The notes under the pieces were generated by a model that searched no databases, was not told where the DNA came from, and saw only the letters and a list, made by a program, of their open reading frames with translations. A stretch of DNA of 64,000 nt from a virus, in the IMG/VR virus record IMGVR_UViG_3300021962_000061, positions 25,598 through 89,597 of that record. One strand, 5' to 3'. The position numbers were made by a program, and so were the translations under genes. Positions 1 through 8,200 of the stretch are shown here, piece by piece; the first letter of the stretch is position 1, and every line of letters starts with the position of its first letter.

Positions 1-150
1 TTCTAGATGCTTAACCTTTTCATCACTTTGCTGAAGCTTTTCAGTGAGTAATTCACATTGAGCCTTAACAATTAAAAGTTGGTTTATTGTTTCAATCCAC
101 GCTGTCCTGTAGGCAGAAAAAACTTTTGCCTCTAATTCATTATTATCCAT
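1..150 (-). CDS. hypothetical coiled-coil protein (runs off window edge)
   Basis: ATG at 150 with GAGG RBS; MDNNELEAKVFSAYRTAWIETINQLL... stays open to position 1; not in ORF track. Confidence 0.55.
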   Translation of the reverse strand, partial: MDNNELEAKVFSAYRTAWIETINQLLIVKAQCELLTEKLQQSDEKVKHLE

Positions 151-161
151 TGTATTACCTC

Positions 162-1628
162 TTAGAATGTTCCTCCATCCAAATCAGCAAACACTGGGAA
201 TCCAGTAGAATTTGCCTGTAGTATTTGGCCATCTGTACCTGCTGCTGTTACTTGTAGAGCTGAAGTACCATTACCATAGATAACACCCTTGGACGTGAAT
301 GTGCCAGCGCCTGTACCGCCTGATGGAACACCTAGTGGTGATGATAATGTTATGCTTGTTGCCTCTAGAGCACCCACAACAAGCGCAGCAAGCGAACCAC
401 CTGTCAGATCAACAGTGGTACTTGGCTCATTCGATAGGCCAGTGTACAGTTTGTATTTACCTGAATCACTTTGGTCTCTGAAGAATGCAGTATAGCCAAC
501 AGTACCGTCATTATAAACACCATATAAACCAATATCTACAGAATCAGCTGAAACATTGCCGTTAGCTAACTTGATCAGCGGATCTTTTACTGTCATGTTA
601 ACTGTGTCGATAGTTGTTAATGTACCAGTAACTGTTAGGTTACCGGATACTGTCATATCAACAAACGAACCATTGCCAGCTGTAATTGTACCATCGATGT
701 CTAGCGATGAAGATGTTAGAACAGCATTGACAGTTGAGTTACCGATAAACAATGCTGATGTGTTTAATGATAGATTTGAACCAACTGTGATAGAACTACC
801 AACAGCTACAGCAGTTGAATTAACGGCTGTATTAACTGTTGAGTTGCCAATTGTTAGTGTTGTATCTATAGTTACATCTGGTGTTAGTGCAACAGTAATG
901 TTTTGAGATGAAAATACAACATTTGCCTGGCCAGAGTTACCACTGACGGTGTGGTTTTCCCACTGACCTGCATCGTTGTCGTAAACAAGAACATTATTGT
1001 TAGCAGCTGATGAAATTGTTACATCTGACAATCCATCCAGGTCTGTGACGGGAGCTGCCCAGTATACACCACCAGTTGAATTTGACGATAAAACTTGGCC
1101 ATCAGTACCCGTTGCACCATTAGCAGATACTATACCAGTGACTGTTAGATTGGTTGTTGTAACAACTGTTGAGTTGACTGAAACATTTACAGTTGAGTTG
1201 CCAACTGTAAGCACACCAGTTGCATTATCCCATGTGAATCTAGCGTTACTACCTAGGATACCACTATTATTAAATTGAATTTCAGTATTGGTGCCAGCAG
1301 CAGTTGCTGTTAGTGTTGTCCAATAGAGGCCACCACTAGAATTTGACGATAAAACTTGGCCATCTGTGCCAAATGTACCATTGGCTTGTAGTACTGTTGG
1401 AACCAAGTTGGCAACAATAAGTTTGTCAATCTCACTAGTTGCGTTAACAACAAGTGCCTGGTTAGCAGTCAGTACACCTGGTGTATGTTCACCACCAATT
1501 GGAATTACAGCTGAGCTGTTGCCAATAAACAGTTTACCTGATAAGTACGAGTATGCCAACTCACCTTCACTTAAGGATGTTGGTGTAGCTGTACTACTAC
1601 TTCTTTTAATTTTGATTACGTTTGCCAT
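162..1628 (-). CDS. tail fibre / virion structural protein
   Basis: N-terminal IKIKRS..TP.SL.EGELAY fibre motif, repeated GTDGQVLSSNS.GG.YW units, Gly/Ser/Thr/Asn-rich, C-terminal DGGTF. Confidence 0.75.
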   Translation of the reverse strand: MANVIKIKRSSSTATPTSLSEGELAYSYLSGKLFIGNSSAVIPIGGEHTPGVLTANQALVVNATSEIDKLIVANLVPTVLQANGTFGTDGQVLSSNSSGGLYWTTLTATAAGTNTEIQFNNSGILGSNARFTWDNATGVLTVGNSTVNVSVNSTVVTTTNLTVTGIVSANGATGTDGQVLSSNSTGGVYWAAPVTDLDGLSDVTISSAANNNVLVYDNDAGQWENHTVSGNSGQANVVFSSQNITVALTPDVTIDTTLTIGNSTVNTAVNSTAVAVGSSITVGSNLSLNTSALFIGNSTVNAVLTSSSLDIDGTITAGNGSFVDMTVSGNLTVTGTLTTIDTVNMTVKDPLIKLANGNVSADSVDIGLYGVYNDGTVGYTAFFRDQSDSGKYKLYTGLSNEPSTTVDLTGGSLAALVVGALEATSITLSSPLGVPSGGTGAGTFTSKGVIYGNGTSALQVTAAGTDGQILQANSTGFPVFADLDGGTF

Positions 1629-1892
1629 TTAGAACGTCCCTCCGTCAAGCGATATTGACGTATTGCTTAAAGTTTTTACTTCGTACTTATCATTAGAAGC
1701 ATTATATATGACGACATCGCCATTGGCGGGTGTTCCTTCTGTCACATCAAGTAATTGATCAAATCTTACCGAAGTTGCACCTCCCACATTAACCAACGTG
1801 ACAGGATTAACCTTGCCAGTGGATTGAAGTGAACCGTTAACTGATTTAACAACAACGTTTGCTGTTATATTTGTAGTTGTTAAAAGCGCCAT
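1629..1892 (-). CDS. small virion/fibre-associated protein
   Basis: 87 aa; shares the L.DV.....NG.V..Y unit and terminal LDGGTF with the 162-1628 protein; follows a late promoter. Confidence 0.65.
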   Translation of the reverse strand: MALLTTTNITANVVVKSVNGSLQSTGKVNPVTLVNVGGATSVRFDQLLDVTEGTPANGDVVIYNASNDKYEVKTLSNTSISLDGGTF

Positions 1893-1905
1893 CTATTCCT
1901 CAGAA

Positions 1906-1913
1906 TATTTATA
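1906..1913 (-). promoter_or_regulatory. T4-type late promoter TATAAATA
   Basis: exact TATAAATA on minus strand, intergenic, upstream of 1629-1892. Confidence 0.7.
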
Positions 1914-1919
1914 AATTTA

Positions 1920-2246
1920 TTACTTTGTGACGTTAGGTGTAACTGTTACAATACCTTCTATTAATCTAGAAATAACGTTGCCACTATCAGTTACTTCTAA
2001 ATCATACACATAACGACCTGCAACTAGATTTGAAGTTTGATTGGCAGTTAATGCTAATGTAACAATACCAGTGTTTGTTAATGACACGGAAAAGCTAACT
2101 GAGTTGGAAGACGTATAATGCTTTCTTATTTGGGCCTCGCCCGAATAATTACTAAAATCAACTGGAGTGCCACTCTCACTATTGAAGGTGACTGAAGTTG
2201 AAAATGTTGTGCCTTGGTCGACGACCAAATTAACTTTTGTAGCCAT
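1920..2246 (-). CDS. conserved T4-like virion beta-sandwich protein
   Basis: VDQGTTF...AQIRKHY...GRYVYDLEV...RLIEGIVTVTP pattern typical of T4-like structural regions. Confidence 0.7.
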   Translation of the reverse strand: MATKVNLVVDQGTTFSTSVTFNSESGTPVDFSNYSGEAQIRKHYTSSNSVSFSVSLTNTGIVTLALTANQTSNLVAGRYVYDLEVTDSGNVISRLIEGIVTVTPNVTK

Positions 2247-2249
2247 TTA

Positions 2250-3347
2250 TTATTTGTCTTTTAGTCCTAACTCTAGGGTTTGCACTTTATCATTAAGATG
2301 TTTGATCGCTTCAATAAGTAGTGGAACTAATTTACTGTAATCCACTGCTTTATAGCCATCTGATCTTAAGTAAACAGCTTGTGGTGCTACCTTTTCAACA
2401 TCTTGAGCAACCAAACCTATATCATTATCTGGTTTTGGGCCCACATTTGTTAAATCAGCAATTGCCTCTTTATCCCAGTCAAATTCAACGCCGTTTAATT
2501 TTAATATCTTTTCAAGACTATTATCAATTAACTTGATATTTTTCTTTAATCTTTCGTCAGATGTATAATAAGCGGTTACATCACCTGTCGCGTAAATTGC
2601 ACCATTCACGTGCAAAGGAGCTTCTGGGTTAGTCACACCACCAACACCAATTCTTGCTGCTGTGTTTGAAATAAACAATGATGCTGTTGTACCACCAAAA
2701 TTTACATTAGCATTGAATCTTACTTGACCGCTACTATTGGCGTTTACGGTGCCTAATGTTAGTGTATCAATTTGTTGTTCGGTTAGATGGGTTAATCGTG
2801 TTCTTACCCACTTATTTGATGATGTGTCATATACAATTGTATCATAAGCAGAATTTGTAGTGTTAGCATACCCAACATTTGAAGTCAAAAGAAACTCGGC
2901 CGGGTCAAGATCAGTACCCTTAACATTTAAATTTGCAAACGCCATATACCCAGTACTGTTTGCTTTTAGCCAACCAGTAGTGGATGAGTAAGTGGATGAT
3001 CTATCAGCAAATCTAAGTTTTGTTGTTGTATCAATTGTTACGTTACCAAGAGCGCTCAAATGACCAATGGTATACAAATTGTATGAACCATCAACAACAA
3101 CATTCGTACTAATTGTAGCATTAGCACCAGCTGGACCTGTTAATGTGTTATTAATAGTTATTGTATTTGCAATAAAAGTACCAAATAATCTAGCTGTGTA
3201 ACTGACTGTTGAGTTGCCAGTATTACTTCCTGTTGTATTAGCAGTAATAACAGCATTACTAATAGTCTGTGCTATTTGGTTGGTAATGGAAATCCAACCT
3301 GCAAATGTATCCGTATTTGCATTTATTTCGGAAATTACTACTGACAT
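2250..3347 (-). CDS. tail fibre with C-terminal intramolecular chaperone (peptidase S74) domain
   Basis: GDVTAYYTSDERLKKNI...GVEFDW...GLVAQDVE...VDYSKLVPLLIEAIK signature. Confidence 0.85.
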   Translation of the reverse strand: MSVVISEINANTDTFAGWISITNQIAQTISNAVITANTTGSNTGNSTVSYTARLFGTFIANTITINNTLTGPAGANATISTNVVVDGSYNLYTIGHLSALGNVTIDTTTKLRFADRSSTYSSTTGWLKANSTGYMAFANLNVKGTDLDPAEFLLTSNVGYANTTNSAYDTIVYDTSSNKWVRTRLTHLTEQQIDTLTLGTVNANSSGQVRFNANVNFGGTTASLFISNTAARIGVGGVTNPEAPLHVNGAIYATGDVTAYYTSDERLKKNIKLIDNSLEKILKLNGVEFDWDKEAIADLTNVGPKPDNDIGLVAQDVEKVAPQAVYLRSDGYKAVDYSKLVPLLIEAIKHLNDKVQTLELGLKDK

Positions 3348-3553
3348 TTTTTATCCTCAAGTAACATTTGCACTAGCGTTTTTAGTTCTTGCACTTCTGC
3401 CTGTAGCATATTTATTTTGCTATTTTGCTGCTTCCTAAGTTTATATTCCTTCAACTTAGCAGTATTGGTATTTAAAATAGCCCCAGTGCTTTCGTCTTTA
3501 ATATAATCGGGATTTTCTTTAACCCTATAAACTATTGACTGTTCCATCGTCAT
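3338..3553 (-). CDS. conserved small T4-like protein
   Basis: KDESTGAILNTN motif plus coiled coil; translationally coupled within the late operon. Confidence 0.65.
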   Translation of the reverse strand: MTMEQSIVYRVKENPDYIKDESTGAILNTNTAKLKEYKLRKQQNSKINMLQAEVQELKTLVQMLLEDKKCQ

Positions 3554-5253
3554 ACCTGAACCGCAATAACTCTTAGATCGTTGATTTTTGGGTATAGATG
3601 TTCTTTGCCACTATCAGCAGTCATAACAATTTTCACTGCAAACTTTTTAATGACTCTATCATATCCATAACCACCATATGATGGACCACCTGTTGTTCCC
3701 CCTGTTGAATTTGCCGAGTAGTAGACTACAGGAACTGAATTGTTTGATTGATATGCAGCAAATGCATTGCCAGCTAATGCAGCTGTGTTGGCAAATGAAT
3801 ATGAATACTCTAGGTACTCATCTGGGGCATTTGTGTTTCTTGCTTTATTTGGATCTTCCAATGCCATCTTTGACCATACTTTATCATCAAACTTATCAGG
3901 GTCAGCGGCATTCCATATTTTTGTATAAACGTGAATTTCTGTATTTGCTGGCTTATTAACAGTGATGAAGATTTTTAGATCTTCAGCTTCCATCTCATCC
4001 TCAAGTGTTATAACCTTTGATATATACTTGGCATCAGCACTACCAGCGTTTGTGTGCTCGTTTGTTAAGTTATTATTAATTAAATTTCGAATAGCCACCA
4101 AACTATTTTTACCATTCAAGTTAATAACAGGCGAAATGAAATTACTATTAGTTGTTAGTGTTGCTTGAATTACAATAGATGAGTTAGATGATGGTGTGCC
4201 TGTTCTGAAGTCATTTCCTGCATTCTGTTCGTCGGTTTCTCCCAACAAATATCTAGGCTGATCTTTATATTCCAACTCAATATTGTTTTCTAGTGTAGCA
4301 CCAGTGTCTTGAACGTACTTAGTGCCATTATACACCGCACTCTTAACATTGAGCGAGATATTAGTTAGGGGTAGTTTCTTAATACCAAGTTTTGGAGCAA
4401 TTGCATGTATTGGGAACTTGTACAGGCCACTATTGGCAGTATTATGGACTCTTGCCAATCCTAAAATACCCGATCCATTAGCTGTTGGAGCTGACTCATC
4501 TGCTGTTCTCACAAATGCAATATCAGTATTTGCTTGGAAGTTTGCAGATGAATTCTTCAAATACAAAATTTTGTTAACAAGATCTAAGTTTTGTACAGTG
4601 GCTGAGATAGCTGTGTTTACAGCATTGTTTGACCAGCCATACACTTGATCCCCTGATCTGATATCATACTTACCTAACAACGATGAGAAATTATACAGCT
4701 TTAGGATTTCTGTATTTTTATTTCTTAGTGCTGCTGTTCCAGAGGTTGGTGTGAATTTAGCTCTATACAATCTAAATTTAATATCTTGGTTTACAAGATC
4801 AGCATATTTTTCTTCGTTGCCTGAGAAGTATGCTGTACCAACTAATGGATTTGAACCAATTGGTTTATCATCAGCTATATCACGCTTGCCTAGTTCCCCA
4901 ACCCAAATATTGTAATCTGGTGAATTACCAATTGGTCTAACGACAAATCCGTAGCTTTCTGCGGAATCAAGATATACTAACTGATTAAAGGTAAACAATG
5001 TTTCTGATGTACCATCAACAGAAGTTGTAATATTTTCAGGGTCAACAATAATAGTGGACCCAGCAATTGCCTTGCTAGGATCTGGAATACCATTTGTAAG
5101 TCTGACTAGGAAAAGTTCTACACCCAGTGAGTCTGACTTGTTTTTGAAAAACAAACCTAATTTTGAAACAAATACACCTGGAACACCATCTGGTGTTGAC
5201 ACTTTGAATGTTTGTGTTAAACTAGTGTATTTAATGTTTAATGAACTAGGCAT
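3550..5253 (-). CDS. virion structural protein (resembles C-terminal part of VrlC/DUF4815-like proteins)
   Basis: LTQTF..GVFVSKLGLFF, DIKFRLYRAKF, ISPVIN, AKYISKVITL, FAVKIVM...P.I.DLRVIA motifs. Confidence 0.7.
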   Translation of the reverse strand: MPSSLNIKYTSLTQTFKVSTPDGVPGVFVSKLGLFFKNKSDSLGVELFLVRLTNGIPDPSKAIAGSTIIVDPENITTSVDGTSETLFTFNQLVYLDSAESYGFVVRPIGNSPDYNIWVGELGKRDIADDKPIGSNPLVGTAYFSGNEEKYADLVNQDIKFRLYRAKFTPTSGTAALRNKNTEILKLYNFSSLLGKYDIRSGDQVYGWSNNAVNTAISATVQNLDLVNKILYLKNSSANFQANTDIAFVRTADESAPTANGSGILGLARVHNTANSGLYKFPIHAIAPKLGIKKLPLTNISLNVKSAVYNGTKYVQDTGATLENNIELEYKDQPRYLLGETDEQNAGNDFRTGTPSSNSSIVIQATLTTNSNFISPVINLNGKNSLVAIRNLINNNLTNEHTNAGSADAKYISKVITLEDEMEAEDLKIFITVNKPANTEIHVYTKIWNAADPDKFDDKVWSKMALEDPNKARNTNAPDEYLEYSYSFANTAALAGNAFAAYQSNNSVPVVYYSANSTGGTTGGPSYGGYGYDRVIKKFAVKIVMTADSGKEHLYPKINDLRVIAVQV

Positions 5254-5277
5254 CTAAATTAACCTCTAATTAATAAA

Positions 5278-8200
5278 TTATACATTTCTCAAATTTACTC
5301 TAAGATCGGAGTTCTTGGAATATGGCAATGACCCACTTCTATCACCACCACCAACTACAATAGTATTGTTAGTAGTAGTTGATGAGCTGGCAGTATTTGC
5401 ATTCTTAAGAGTAAACACCTGAGAAGTATTACCAATGGAATTTGCATAACCGTTTGACAAGTAGAAGTCAGCCTTAACCAAAACTTTTGTCTCTGCACCA
5501 AATGTATTGTTTGAATATAATGTCAATATATCATTTTCTACACGTGGTGACGAAGCAATTGAGTTTGACGTTAGACCAGTTATTACCAAGAATGAAGCTC
5601 CGGAACCAGCACTTGTATTTGATGTTGAGTTTGCCAGCACGCTGGAGTTTGAAACTCTAATACGAATCTGGTTAACTGGTTTAATTGTTGTACCAGGTAC
5701 AACATTGGTATATTCAACATATACAACATCACTTACTGCTGCATTAGCTGTGTTGGCTGTATCGCCATTATTAATCAACTTCAGTGTCGTGCCGCTATCA
5801 ACCCAATAATCTGTACCACCTATTTGCAGAACACCATTAATTGCAACTTGAATACTTGTGTTTGTTGAAGTTGTTGATAGAGTAAAGTCATTGTTTGAAG
5901 TACTATTTGCTACAAACGAATCTGGTGTAGTAATAGTACCGTCTGTGAAATTACCTCTGCCTGTAACTTTTACTAGTACAATGCCTCCAGTTGTATTAGT
6001 TTGGATTGAAGCGTATCCATCTACTTGACCATTAGAGAACTGAATTGTATCACTGTTGGAGTAGTTTGAACCACCTGCTGTTACGTATACCTGTGTGATA
6101 TTAGCATACGATATAGCTGGCAAAGGATCACCACTCTGAGTAGTTACTGTCCATACAACATTACCCTGGTAATCAATGGCTGGCTGAGCCAAAATCTTCA
6201 GTGTTGTGTTTGAACCAAGTGACAAGCCAGCATTATATGTTAGCATGTTATATGGTAGTGTATCTACTGCTAAACCAAGACCAATATCTGTTGTGTATTG
6301 AGACCAGTCGCCATATGCTTTTAGGTCAGAATAATCATCAAACAAACTTGGAATTAATCTTAGCAGCATTCCCTCTGGATTTGTTGGTGTACCAGGAGCT
6401 GCAATGCCACCAGTCTGCAATAGTTTTGTTAGTCTAATTTGTTTAGCAAATTCTCTTGTTGCACCAGCTGATGTTGTTATTGCCAACGACACAATCACAT
6501 CTTCAACCGAATTCAATGTATCGAAGGATATCGTATGGGGCCCAACACCTGTAGCGGTATTTGAAGAGCATGTAATCAAACCAGGAACAGCACCAAAGTT
6601 CCATGAGTAAGATGTAATTGTACCTTGGTTTGTATAGCTGTCATCAGTAAATGTTAGTACAAATGTACCATTAGCAGTTATGCCATTTGTAACAACTGAT
6701 GTTATAGTTGTATTACCTGTAAATGTATAATGAGCAAACAAGTTAGATGATGGTGTTGTGTTACCTGGTTGTGGATTGCCTGGATTTTTAGGTGGATCAT
6801 TGGCTGAAATGTCAATTGTAAAGAATGTCTGCGCAATGGATTCATCTGAACCAGCAGCTAGTGATTCGCGATTAACCAATGTTAATTTGTGAACACCAAC
6901 CTTAATTGTAGCAGCTGGAAGAATAAATTTACCAATAATTTCACCACGCGAATCACTAACTAATGGTGTACCCCATGGTGTAGTTCTTGTAACGAATGTT
7001 TCATCCTGAGCATTAGGTGTTGAACTTAGTTCACCCAATGCTGCTTGTGAGGTCAAATTGTATTGATTATCAATAAACAAATAGTGAGTTGTATTTGGCT
7101 TCAAGCCATAGGCCTTAAAGGCAAATACACTTTCTTTTGCTTGATACAATACACTTGGTGACATTGTAACATTATCATTGTCGCCAAGAACATCGTTCAA
7201 ATCAATCTGCTTAGATGTAGCAATAGGTGTAGATGTTTGATCTCTAATTTCATTAAATGCTTTACCACTTGTATCGCGATACTGGAACAAGTCACCTGCG
7301 CCGCCTATGTACATATAATCTGTTGGGTCAATATTTAAGCGCCAGAAGCCATACTGGGCTATACCCGGCACTATCGAGTTTTGACCTGAATTCATATTGT
7401 TGTATGCAAGTGAAGGTCCATTGGTACCAGTAACAGCTGCTGGAGGTGCTAGGTAGTCAACGCGAGTCGACTTCAATGGTCTTAGATCAATGGTACCCGC
7501 CCAAGACAAAGGAACACCCGATACGTTCAATGGTTCAGATGCGTTAGGCTGCTCTAAGAATACTTCTTCCGTATACGCAAGAGTAATCATACTACCTGTT
7601 GCTTGAACATTAGAGTATGAGTTTGTATTAGTATCAAATTCAACATCAACAATTTCTGGATGGAAAGGTGGTCTTAGTAAACCATTCTTTTCATCAATAG
7701 CTGCTCTATAGTCTGGATCTTCAGTTCTACCAAACACATGACTGTTGAATGGATCAACAAAGAAACCATTTTGGAATCTTTGATTACCTGAGCTATCGGC
7801 AATAGTTGTTTGTAATGCAACCTTTTCTAATAAGTTTAAAGTTGTATAATATTCTAGTCTCTCAATTCTCTGTTCAAGAATCGAAATGTCACGCATTGTG
7901 AAACGCTTATGTGTTAACAAATTTAGCTGAGTGATGTAGTGGAATTTAGGCTTATTGACGAATTGTTTTTCGGCATCTGTTAATGAAGGATATGGAGGAA
8001 TATCAACTTCAGCAATATTCAACACATCAGAGTTCATTGGAGATAGTCTTGGTGCTACATCCGGCAGCCCTTCTTCGACTTGGAACAACTTATCGCTTGT
8101 TAATACAAGTCTATCCTTTCTACCTAGGTAGTATGTAAAGTTAGATGATAGGACTGATGTTGGGAAAGGATTGTAATTTGTTGTATTGGAATTGAATGTG

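Noticed and set aside
162-1628. Diversity-generating retroelement target (Mtd-like N-terminus)
   Set aside because: No reverse transcriptase or template/variable repeat pair seen in the window.
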